Of a DNA stretch of 64,000 nt, positions 30,532-39,256 are shown piece after piece. Within the stretch, counting starts at the first letter, position 1, and each line of letters begins with the position of its first letter. The translations under genes were made by a program, and so were the position numbers. Origin of the DNA: Eubacteriales bacterium (GTDB lineage Bacteria; Bacillota; Clostridia; Oscillospirales; CAG-272); contig JAZPYB010000011.1 in the NCBI GenBank assembly GCA_045543955.1, forward strand, positions 373 through 64,372, written 5' to 3'. Below the pieces are notes generated by a model. That model worked only from the letters and a program-made list of their open reading frames with translations. It did not search any database and had not been told where the DNA came from.

Positions 30532-32360
30532 GTATGCTCCTTTCCAAGCTTATTAGCACCACAGCCAGAGCACTTTTCCTTACAGTTAGGAGTTGTCTTA
30601 CTCTCGTATGCTTTTTTACTTTCGTTTATTAAGAAGCTTTTTGAAACTCCGATATCAATAACATCCCAAGGCAGAATCTCATCGTATGACATTTTACGAT
30701 TTGCGTAGAAATCAGGATCTATTCCCACTTCTGCAAAAACTTCCATCCACTTATGGTAATCGAAATATTCGTCCCACGCATCAAATCTCATGCCCTTTTG
30801 CTGCGCTAAGTGGATTGCCTTAGATAAACGTCTATCGCCTTTAGAAAACACTGCCTCAAGGCGCGAAACCTTTGCTTCGTGCCAATTATAACGTATTTTC
30901 TTATCAGTAATCTTCTCTGCTAAGAACATTTGCTTTGAGCGAAGTGATTCAAGGGAATCCTGTGGTTCCCATTGAAAAGGCGTGTGAGGCTTAGGAACAA
31001 AGCAAGAAACAGAAACAGTAACACTAACCGGCTTTTTAGGTCTATTTGGAGTATTGTAATACTCGTCAACAACCGTCTTTGCAAGCGTTCCTATTCCCTC
31101 GATATCCTCGTAGGTCTCAGTCGGCAACCCGTTCATAAAATAAAGCTTTACTTGGCTTTTACCACCTTCAAATGCAAGTCTTACCGCATTTAAAAGATCT
31201 TTTTCATATAGATTTTTATTTATTGCATCGCGTAGCCTTTGTGTACCCGCCTCTGGAGCAAAGGTTAGACCACTTGAGCGCACACCAGAAATTTTACGCA
31301 TAAGCTCACGTGTAAAGCTATCTGCTCGTAATGATGGCAATGATAAATTAACCTTTTTTTCATTAGTCCATAAAAGGAGCTTATCAGTGGCATCATGAAG
31401 GCAGGAATAATCACTTATTGAAAGTGATGTTAAAGATATTTCATTATATCCTGTATTTTCGTAAATAGCTTTAGCCTGCTCGTTTAAAACCTCAGCACTC
31501 TTTTCTCGAACTGGACGAAAAACCATACCAGCTTGACAGAAGCGACAACCTCTTATACAACCACGGAAGGTTTCAAGCATAATTCTATCGTGCACAGTTT
31601 CTATGTATGGCATGACGGGCTTTAAAGGGAAATATGAGGTGTTAAGATCAGCAACAACTCTCTTGACAACCCTTTTAGGAACATCGCTAAATTTAGGCTC
31701 AAATGACTTGATAGTGCCATCCTCGTTATATTCTACTAGATAAAGAGAAGGAACATAGAAGCCCTCAAGATGAGATGCCTCTCTTAAAAAAGATGCTTTC
31801 GTATAGCTTCCCTCTTCTTTCATTCTAGTATAAAGTTCAACAAGCTCACAAAGCGCTTCCTCACCCTCTCCTATACTGAAAATATCAAAGAAGTCGGCAA
31901 TTGGCTCTGCATTATAGGCACACGGACCACCACCTAAAATAATAGGCGTGTCCTCTCCTCTGTCCTTAGAAAAAACAGGAATACCGGCTAAATCTATCAT
32001 ATTAATTGCTGTTGTATAACAAAGCTCATACTGCATAGAAATTGCCATTATATCAAATTCCTTGATTTCATCCTTGCTTTCAAGTGCAAAAAGAGGAATA
32101 TTATGCTTGCGCATTTTTTCTTCCATATCAGGCCAAGGTGCAAAAACCCTCTCACACCAAGCATATGGCAGCTCATTTAAAGCACCATAGAGAATTTTCA
32201 TACCTAGGTTTGACATACCTATTTCATAAGTATCTGGAAAACAAAATGCTATTCTAGTCTTTATTTTGTCCTTATTCTTTACGATTTGCCCAAATTCTCC
32301 ACCTGTGTATCTTGCAGGCTTAGATACGGATTTTAAAATCGTACTAATGTTTTTTTGCAT
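30507..32360 (-). CDS. Radical SAM protein with an N-terminal B12-binding-like domain (TIGR03960-like)
   Basis: 617 aa. CxxxCxxC motif in FRGCIRGCRFCQAG. N-terminal domain IAFCFPDTYEIGMSNLG. Confidence 0.75.
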   Translation of the reverse strand: MQKNISTILKSVSKPARYTGGEFGQIVKNKDKIKTRIAFCFPDTYEIGMSNLGMKILYGALNELPYAWCERVFAPWPDMEEKMRKHNIPLFALESKDEIKEFDIMAISMQYELCYTTAINMIDLAGIPVFSKDRGEDTPIILGGGPCAYNAEPIADFFDIFSIGEGEEALCELVELYTRMKEEGSYTKASFLREASHLEGFYVPSLYLVEYNEDGTIKSFEPKFSDVPKRVVKRVVADLNTSYFPLKPVMPYIETVHDRIMLETFRGCIRGCRFCQAGMVFRPVREKSAEVLNEQAKAIYENTGYNEISLTSLSISDYSCLHDATDKLLLWTNEKKVNLSLPSLRADSFTRELMRKISGVRSSGLTFAPEAGTQRLRDAINKNLYEKDLLNAVRLAFEGGKSQVKLYFMNGLPTETYEDIEGIGTLAKTVVDEYYNTPNRPKKPVSVTVSVSCFVPKPHTPFQWEPQDSLESLRSKQMFLAEKITDKKIRYNWHEAKVSRLEAVFSKGDRRLSKAIHLAQQKGMRFDAWDEYFDYHKWMEVFAEVGIDPDFYANRKMSYDEILPWDVIDIGVSKSFLINESKKAYESKTTPNCKEKCSGCGANKLGKEHTWCPKKSK

Positions 32361-34444
32361 TATTTTCTCTTAGGCAAAATCATACATGTTGTTATGTACA
32401 TAACAAGCGCAAATACTAAGTGCAATAGCACTATCACACCAGACGGTAATACATTAAGTGGTCCGAAATCAAATGGACTAAAAATGCACAAGCTTAAATA
32501 AGCAAGTCCTAAAATTGATGAAATGATTTTTATTGCCTTGATAACCTTTCTTGTTTTTATAATCCTTTTACACATAGGAATCGCCTTAAGAAGTGAGCAA
32601 GACGAGCCCTTTGTAACAACCTGTCCGTCACACCATGCAGAAGGCGCAGGGACATCAGTTGCGGCGGATAACTTTATAACCTTAATATTCTTTTTATTAA
32701 ATCCTGTTACCCTTTCGATTAAATCATTATTAATATTGGGGTCAAAGGTTCTGATTCCAACCTTTATGCCTTTGGAATTAACATATTTTGTAGTTTTGAT
32801 AAATTCTTCGCTTGGCTCATATTTGATGTACATTTTTGAGCATAATACACCATCACAAGCCATATACATTACACTCAATTCCTTTTTGCGTTCTCTTTCT
32901 ACGCCAACCTCAATATTTTGAGAGGTCATACCATATTTATCAGCAAAAATAATTGAATGTCCATCAACTATAACACTTAAATAACTACGTCCTGCACAAA
33001 CAAAACGAGTCCTTGAGCTTTTTGGAACAGAATTGTTTAGCATATCATCAAAAACTCGTGCCAAAGGACCACCTACTACAGAAAAACCACTTGCGGCATA
33101 ATAAGTAATTCTTTCAATATCGTAGTCATTATAACCCATAATGTTTTTTATTTTTACGTTTTTTGGTGCGAAAATTGCAGTATCATTTACAACAGAAGCA
33201 TCAACACCTGCAAAATTTAAAATTGATTCTTCTCCTATTACAGAAACACCATCTTCATATAAGGTTGCATTTCCAATATAGAAGGGCACGCTATATGAGA
33301 ACAAAATTCCAACAGGTAAAACGAGCAATAATCCAACAAAGAAATATGTTCCTGCTATATATGGATTCATGCCAGTTTTGTCAAAAAACATAGATATAAT
33401 AGCAAGAGCTAGTGGAATTGAAAGTGCCAAAATATAGTAAAACTTTAGGTACTTTCTTGTATCGACAGTTGTATTGGTATTTGCAAAATAATTTTTTACA
33501 AAAGGTGTTTTTGTGACACGAGCGATTTGTCCTACAAATTCTCCATTAGTAGTAGTGAATGTGTCAAACTCAGTTTCGCCATTTGTTTCTTGAATGTTTT
33601 CAAGTACAAACTTAGGCTTCTTCACGCAAATAACAGCAAAGCCATATCTTTCTCTTTTAATATTTATATAAGTGAAGATTATAGAGCCAACCAATACCAT
33701 AGCTGCAGGGAAATTCAAAAGCATAATTTTAGTCTTATATCCAACAAGAACAAAAATAAATGTAGCTATTGTATGCAATAAACCCGCAAGCAGAGCTATT
33801 GTAGCGACCGATTCGGGCGCATAATCCTTTTTAAAGATTGAACGTGTACCATGAAACAGCTGCTCTCTTGCACATATTGCACAACCAAGTAAACCAATCA
33901 AGCCAGCAACTATATGAAAATACGGATGCTTTTCTATATCAAAATACTCAAATCCGGTAAAGAACTGTGCAATATTTTCCTGCAAGAAAAGAAACACTAA
34001 AAAGACCATAGAAACTATTATTTTTCTAATAGAGCTTCTCTTTGCATATTGATACATTTCTATTATTTCATTCTTTTGATTTATGTCTGTATATTCGTAT
34101 TCGTTGGAGTAGATATTATCCTTAGCAAATTCGCTTGTTTTTTGATTCTTATCTAGGTTAGTAACCGTTTTGTGAGTTCCTGTTTCTGACAAGCCAAACG
34201 TCTTCATAAATTGCTTATCAGCATTTATTGAGCTTGCATACATATCATCAACTTCAAAATTTTCGCTTACGTCTTCAGAGCCATGCCATGTAGCTGTATA
34301 GCTCTTTTGGGGTCTTGGCTTGTTTAAGTTTTCTGCAACTTGAGTAAATATCGCCCCATCAGGAGAAACTTGGTCGCTAGCATCATCAAACAAATCAGGC
34401 TCAACATTTTCTTCAACCAACTCTTTTTCTAATTTTTTTGCCAT
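32360..34444 (-). CDS. P1B-type P-type-ATPase-like membrane protein with degenerate catalytic motifs
   Basis: 694 aa counted from ATG 34444, 7 nt after AAAGGAG. VIGEESILNFAGVDASVVNDTAIF sits where KGGE..L.....D.VVFDKTGTLT is expected, GIKVGIRTFDPNIN where GI.VVMLTGDN is expected, and SAATDVPAPSA where GDGINDAPALA is expected. About 8 TM helices and an acidic, low-complexity N-terminus. Confidence 0.55.
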   Translation of the reverse strand: MAKKLEKELVEENVEPDLFDDASDQVSPDGAIFTQVAENLNKPRPQKSYTATWHGSEDVSENFEVDDMYASSINADKQFMKTFGLSETGTHKTVTNLDKNQKTSEFAKDNIYSNEYEYTDINQKNEIIEMYQYAKRSSIRKIIVSMVFLVFLFLQENIAQFFTGFEYFDIEKHPYFHIVAGLIGLLGCAICAREQLFHGTRSIFKKDYAPESVATIALLAGLLHTIATFIFVLVGYKTKIMLLNFPAAMVLVGSIIFTYINIKRERYGFAVICVKKPKFVLENIQETNGETEFDTFTTTNGEFVGQIARVTKTPFVKNYFANTNTTVDTRKYLKFYYILALSIPLALAIISMFFDKTGMNPYIAGTYFFVGLLLVLPVGILFSYSVPFYIGNATLYEDGVSVIGEESILNFAGVDASVVNDTAIFAPKNVKIKNIMGYNDYDIERITYYAASGFSVVGGPLARVFDDMLNNSVPKSSRTRFVCAGRSYLSVIVDGHSIIFADKYGMTSQNIEVGVERERKKELSVMYMACDGVLCSKMYIKYEPSEEFIKTTKYVNSKGIKVGIRTFDPNINNDLIERVTGFNKKNIKVIKLSAATDVPAPSAWCDGQVVTKGSSCSLLKAIPMCKRIIKTRKVIKAIKIISSILGLAYLSLCIFSPFDFGPLNVLPSGVIVLLHLVFALVMYITTCMILPKRK

Positions 34445-34458
34445 TTCTACTCCTTTCT

Positions 34459-35313
34459 CTAACAGCCCCTCTGCATTCTTGCCACATGGCAAAGAATAAC
34501 AGATGCCGCAGTAGATACATTTAATGAATTTACCTTACCATACATAGGTATTGATACTATATAATCGCTATTTTCCTTAACTATTCTTGAAACTCCATTT
34601 CCTTCAGAGCCTAGCACTACAGCGCACGCACAATTAAAATCAGTTTCATAGTAAGGAGTTCCTCCGGCTTCTGAAGTGAATATCCAAAGTCCCTTCTTTT
34701 TTAATTGCTCAATTGTTGTTGCAATATTTGAAACCTTTGCAATTAGCATATGCTCAATAGCACCCGCAGATGATTTATATACGGTAGGTGTAATTCCTAC
34801 AGCTCGTCTTTTAGGAATAATAATACCGTGCGCGCCAGCGCATTCCGCGCATCTAATAAGAGCTCCTAAATTATGTGGATCTTCTATTGAATCAGCTATA
34901 ACAATAAGCGGCTTTTCTCCTCTTTCTGTTGCTAAATCAAGCATATCGTCAATCGAAGAATATTCTTTCATTGAGGCAATCGCAACAATACCTTGATGAT
35001 TGGTTCCCTCTGCAATAAAGTCAAGCTTTTGAGCCTCCACCTCTACAATTGGAATGCCCTTTTCAATAGCCTCAGCTACCAAAACAGTAATTGAGCCCTC
35101 GTGACTGCCGCCTTTTTTTAAATAAATTTTCTCAACATTTCTTTCACTCTTAAGAAGCTCACGTACTGCGTTTCTTCCAACAACTACTCCATTGTCCTCT
35201 TCTTCAGTACCAGTTGTCTTATAAGTCTCTCTAGGTTTATATGAGTGAACTGAATCGTATTGATTTTTATTATATTTTTTCAAGTTTGATTTCTTTTGTT
35301 TTTCGAAAGCCAT
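34459..35313 (-). CDS. rlmB: 23S rRNA (guanosine-2'-O)-methyltransferase, SpoU/TrmH family (RlmB-like)
   Basis: About 284 aa from MAFEKQKK. Motifs HNLGALIRCAECAG, VLGSEGNGVS and SLNVSTAASVIL. Confidence 0.8.
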   Translation of the reverse strand: MAFEKQKKSNLKKYNKNQYDSVHSYKPRETYKTTGTEEEDNGVVVGRNAVRELLKSERNVEKIYLKKGGSHEGSITVLVAEAIEKGIPIVEVEAQKLDFIAEGTNHQGIVAIASMKEYSSIDDMLDLATERGEKPLIVIADSIEDPHNLGALIRCAECAGAHGIIIPKRRAVGITPTVYKSSAGAIEHMLIAKVSNIATTIEQLKKKGLWIFTSEAGGTPYYETDFNCACAVVLGSEGNGVSRIVKENSDYIVSIPMYGKVNSLNVSTAASVILCHVARMQRGC

Positions 35314-35472
35314 TTGTTTTCTCCAATGAATCGACATAGTTATATATATTTTAACATATATATTTTAATTTGTACAGTAAATTTTGAAAATTTAAATAAA
35401 TTATTATTTACAATTTTAGACATAAACTCTTATCGAAATATTGCAAATGTTTATGCATGTCCAACGCATAAT

Positions 35473-35499
35473 AAAAAAGAGCCTTAAAGGCTCCTTTTT
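35473..35499 (-). terminator. Intrinsic terminator after the zinc-ribbon gene
   Basis: A6-GAGCC-ttaaa-GGCTC-CTTTTT. Confidence 0.7.
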
Positions 35500-35512
35500 A
35501 TCTCAAATAAAA

Positions 35513-35794
35513 TTATTCTTGACTTTCTTGCTTCTTTGCAAAGCACTCACTACAATAAACGGGCTTTTCGTTGTTAGGTTGGAAAGGAACCTTAGCTTCT
35601 TTCCCACACTCTGCACATACAGTTGTAAAGAGCTCTCTTGGTGCTTTAGCAGCATTTTTCTTAGCATCTCTACAGGTCTTGCATCTCTTAGGCTCGTTTT
35701 CAAGTCCTTTTTCAGCATAAAACTCTTGCTCTCCTGCTGTAAATACGAACTCGGCACCACAGTCCTTGCAAACTAATGTCTTGTCCTCAAACAT
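35513..35794 (-). CDS. Small zinc-ribbon protein with paired CxxC motifs (CxxC-x17-CxxC type)
   Basis: 93 aa from MFEDKTLVCKDCG. Motifs CKDC..x17..CKTC and CAEC..x17..CSEC. Confidence 0.7.
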   Translation of the reverse strand: MFEDKTLVCKDCGAEFVFTAGEQEFYAEKGLENEPKRCKTCRDAKKNAAKAPRELFTTVCAECGKEAKVPFQPNNEKPVYCSECFAKKQESQE

Positions 35795-35842
35795 TTTTTC
35801 TCTCCTCTGAAATATTTTATACATAGCCTAAGGCTAGGTAAA

Positions 35843-36415
35843 CTATTTAACTGCGTCGCGCAGCTTCGACCTGATTCTGTAAAGTGCATTGTTTACAGAT
35901 TTTTCGCTCTTACCAATACTCTTCGATATTTCTTTTATGCGTCGTCCATCGACATACATTAACTGAAATATCCTTTTTTCATAAGGAGAAAGAGTTTGTT
36001 CCGCAAGGGTTAAAAGTTTTTCACCAAGTTCTCGACAAACGACAGCATCTTGCACTGAATCACCACTATTGTTAGCCAATGAATCATCACAATTGATTTT
36101 AGGGTCACCTTTTTGTCTTTTTTTAGAGTTTAAATATCGACCATAAGAAATAAGCCAATTATTAACACATTTTTTTGCAAATGCGCCAAAAGCTCCCCTT
36201 TTATTAACAGCATCATATTTCATTACCGCATTATGCAATGCAATCTGTGCTTCTTGCATAAAATCGTCATAAGAAACTCGATTTTTGTATGCAGGAAAAT
36301 ACTTTTGACACAAGCTTTTTAAAAGAGGTAAATATGCAGAGGATAACTTTGTAAAAGCTAATTCGTCACCATTTTGAATTTGAATAACAAGCTCAATAGT
36401 TTCTTTCTCTTCCAT
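35843..36415 (-). CDS. Sigma-70 family RNA polymerase sigma factor, SigH-like
   Basis: 190 aa. Region 2 DDFMQEAQIALHNAVMKYD. Region 4 LSPYEKRIFQLMYVDGRRIKEISKSIGKSEKSVNNALYRIRSKL. Linked to rlmB, as sigH is in Bacillus. Confidence 0.7.
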   Translation of the reverse strand: MEEKETIELVIQIQNGDELAFTKLSSAYLPLLKSLCQKYFPAYKNRVSYDDFMQEAQIALHNAVMKYDAVNKRGAFGAFAKKCVNNWLISYGRYLNSKKRQKGDPKINCDDSLANNSGDSVQDAVVCRELGEKLLTLAEQTLSPYEKRIFQLMYVDGRRIKEISKSIGKSEKSVNNALYRIRSKLRDAVK

Positions 36416-36467
36416 AATACCTCGTTTTTAATCAACTTACACAGTCAAATTAAAATATGATAATCTA

Positions 36468-36496
36468 ATTATAATATCTATTGTTGATTTTGTCAA
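36468..36496 (-). promoter_or_regulatory. Consensus sigma-A promoter for the sigma factor gene
   Basis: Minus strand reads TTGACA-17 nt-TATAAT. A second TTGACAAAA copy lies 13 nt further upstream (36501-36509). Confidence 0.7.
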
Positions 36497-36587
36497 GACT
36501 TTTTGTCAAAATTAACTAATTTTTCTTTTCTTTTCTTATTTTTTTGTGCATTTTTACAAATTTCAGTTTGTTTTTTGTTTTCAAGCT

Positions 36588-37133
36588 TTATTTTTCGAAA
36601 ATATAATTCATTTCACCTGAAACCAATGCCATAGTTCCTTGATATATTACCTCTGGTCTTCTGCGGAAATTATAAATCATAGTATCAGCTTCTTTTTCGG
36701 TATCAACATCAATATTAATTTCCAAAACTCGCCTTCCTTTTTCGACGATTTCACAATGAACGCTATATTTTCCGTTTTGTAATTTTTCCTTTTCGCAATT
36801 TACATTTGCGCCTCTTTTTTCAAATGAAAGGTATCTTATTGCACTACGATAGCTTGCTTCCTTTATTGAACTAGATATTTGGTCAGATAACGCACTTGCA
36901 ATCTTCTTTCCCGACTCAGAAACAATATAAGTTATCTCTTCTCTTTCGTCAAGATATCCAGAATCAATAACGTGCTTTCCTTCTACTAGCTCTGTAAAGC
37001 AATCACCACATTCGAAATAGCCCGCTATGTTTTCTTGAGAAAGAATTGAACATATATCATTACAGTTAACCGGATACCCAATTCTGTCCATCAAGTGAAG
37101 AATAAACACCTTAATTTCACTTTTATCAGTCAT
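36588..37133 (-). CDS. DUF4364-like protein (predicted winged-helix N-terminus)
   Basis: 181 aa. N-terminus KVFILHLMDRIGYPVNCNDICSIL resembles the DUF4364 family. Confidence 0.45.
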   Translation of the reverse strand: MTDKSEIKVFILHLMDRIGYPVNCNDICSILSQENIAGYFECGDCFTELVEGKHVIDSGYLDEREEITYIVSESGKKIASALSDQISSSIKEASYRSAIRYLSFEKRGANVNCEKEKLQNGKYSVHCEIVEKGRRVLEINIDVDTEKEADTMIYNFRRRPEVIYQGTMALVSGEMNYIFEK

Positions 37134-37242
37134 TTTTTCTCTCCTTCTAAGTCCAATATAAATTTTATATCAAATTAATAATATCACAAAAAAGAGGATT
37201 TATCAATATTTTTTTAGTTCAAGTTTCCTATTTTCAATTGTA

Positions 37243-37269
37243 ATATTTAAGAGTTGTCCCGCATAGGAT
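37243..37269 (+). promoter_or_regulatory. Candidate sigma-E type sporulation promoter for spoIIP
   Basis: TAATATT-14 nt-CATAGGAT, compared with Bacillus sigma-E kmATATT-N14-CATACAhT. Sits 28 nt before the ATG. Confidence 0.35.
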
Positions 37270-37296
37270 GTATTAAATATTACAAGGAGGATTAAA

Positions 37297-38523
37297 ATGG
37301 AACAAAAGGACTTAATTTTTCTTGACACGGGAACGAACGATAGTTTCGTTTTGGTTGAGAGAAATAAAAAAAGACAGAAGGAAAAGCAAAGGCAGAATTT
37401 AAAACGAGGAGTTGCAATAATTTTACTTTTTGTTATTATTTTTGGTGCTATTAAGCTATTTCCTTATGCCAAGGATTTTTTAAAAAATCAAGGAAACGAG
37501 CCATCTAATGACAACATTAACACCATTCCAAGCACAGATGATAGTAATCAAGAAAGCGACACGAGCTTAAATGCAGATACTAGCACAAATAAAGACTCAA
37601 ATATTTCCACTAGCACCGACCAAGATGGCGTCAAAAACGAGGAAAGTGATAAAAATGGCGAGACATCAAGTGAAATTACAAGCACTGAAAGCGAAAACGA
37701 CACCGATACTGAAACAAGTGTCGGCACCGATGTTAATAACGATACAGAAATGGAAACAGATTTCCCTAATTCATCAGATTATAAAATTTTAGATGTAGGC
37801 GCAACAAAATATACCGCAATCAATGAAAGTGGTTGCGAATTCGATTTTTCTGTTAAATTTTCGAAAGTCACTTTAAGTGAAATACGAAAAAAATACGGAG
37901 CTGATTCTCCAATTGTTCTAATAACCCACTCTCAAAGAAATGAAGCATACTCAAACGGCAAAAGTTATTCGACCGATGGTCCCTTTTATAGCGAAAGCAA
38001 TAATGTTGCAGAGCTCGGAAAAATCATTTGCCAAAGGTTAAATGCATATGGTATTCCTGCTATACAATTAAACGAACTCTATGCCTCGGGTACAATACAT
38101 TCATCAAAAAAGGAATATGAAAAATCGCTCCAGGAAACATTGGCTAGATACCCTAGCATTAGTTATGTTTTTAACATTTCAAGAGGTATAAGCATCAACG
38201 ATGATCTTTCAATGAACAAATCCTACACAACTCAAGGCAACGAAAAGGTGGCTCAAATATCTATCACAAGTGGAACAAGCTGGGACACAGCATCTAAAAA
38301 TCAAATTGAAAATGTTAGGTTTGCATTTGATTTTACTAAATTTGTCACCAGAGAAAATACAAATTTTATAAAGAAAAATACAATTTCGCGGTATGCTCTT
38401 TCTCAAAACAACGAGCCATTGTGTGCCAATATTGACATCGGAGAATTTTCCAACTCTTTTGAAGAAGCAAAACGCAGTGCAGAATTCTTTGCGACCTTGC
38501 TTTATAAATATCTAGTTAGTTAA
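37297..38523 (+). CDS. spoIIP: Stage II sporulation protein P family (amidase-like)
   Basis: 408 aa. N-terminal TM helix, a roughly 110-aa S/T/D/N/E-rich linker, then a SpoIIP-like core starting at PIVLITHSQRNEAY. Confidence 0.65.
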   Translation: MEQKDLIFLDTGTNDSFVLVERNKKRQKEKQRQNLKRGVAIILLFVIIFGAIKLFPYAKDFLKNQGNEPSNDNINTIPSTDDSNQESDTSLNADTSTNKDSNISTSTDQDGVKNEESDKNGETSSEITSTESENDTDTETSVGTDVNNDTEMETDFPNSSDYKILDVGATKYTAINESGCEFDFSVKFSKVTLSEIRKKYGADSPIVLITHSQRNEAYSNGKSYSTDGPFYSESNNVAELGKIICQRLNAYGIPAIQLNELYASGTIHSSKKEYEKSLQETLARYPSISYVFNISRGISINDDLSMNKSYTTQGNEKVAQISITSGTSWDTASKNQIENVRFAFDFTKFVTRENTNFIKKNTISRYALSQNNEPLCANIDIGEFSNSFEEAKRSAEFFATLLYKYLVS

Positions 38524-38526
38524 AGG

Positions 38527-39105
38527 TTATTTGTATTTAATTAATTCAACATGGGCGTTTCCAAGAAAGACAGGGGTGTATCGTTCTGTTATGTACTGTA
38601 GAGATGAGGATTTTAGGTGCTTTGAGAATTCTGAAACAAATCCAAAATTTAAGTCTTTTTTAGACACGTCCTCGAGGATTAAGCAATATCTAGACTTCTC
38701 AGCATCATAATAGACAGATGTGCTTTTTTTGCATTTCATCTTACATAGTTGCTCTAGAACAATCATGAGATTTTGAAAATCGTCGAAGGAAAAAATTTGA
38801 TTTTGTAATTTTAATTTTGATAATAGTGCTTCCTCGCCACGATCCTTATACATTTTCGACTCCCCCAAAAGACAGCTTATAAAAATTTCACATCCACCAC
38901 CCTTTGACGAAAATATTTCAGCAACCAATCTTTCCTTTGCGTATTTAAAGCCGAGCTCCTTTTTAGCTTGACTTAAAAGTCGCGAAAACATTTTTTTAAC
39001 TTCATTTTCATTAAGCTCACCATCGTTTTCGAGCTCGTATTCTTTTACTTCATTACTTGTGAGCATAATCTTTATAGAACTATCATTAATCTTTATGAAT
39101 TCCAT
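38527..39105 (-). CDS. mecA: MecA/YpbH-like adaptor protein
   Basis: 192 aa. N-terminus MEFIKINDSSIKIMLTSNEV and the C-terminal domain pattern (FSFDDFQNL...YYDAEKSRYCLIL) resemble MecA. Confidence 0.55.
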   Translation of the reverse strand: MEFIKINDSSIKIMLTSNEVKEYELENDGELNENEVKKMFSRLLSQAKKELGFKYAKERLVAEIFSSKGGGCEIFISCLLGESKMYKDRGEEALLSKLKLQNQIFSFDDFQNLMIVLEQLCKMKCKKSTSVYYDAEKSRYCLILEDVSKKDLNFGFVSEFSKHLKSSSLQYITERYTPVFLGNAHVELIKYK

Positions 39106-39256
39106 CCTTGCCCTCCTTTCGTGATGCCTTTATAGACATTATATAATTGTTTTAGATTTTTGTGCAAGGACTTTATTTTCCCAGTCTTTCCTAACAATGG
39201 AAAAAAACTTTAGTTTTTAACTTTTATTTACTTTTCTCAATAAATTTGGAGGTTTT

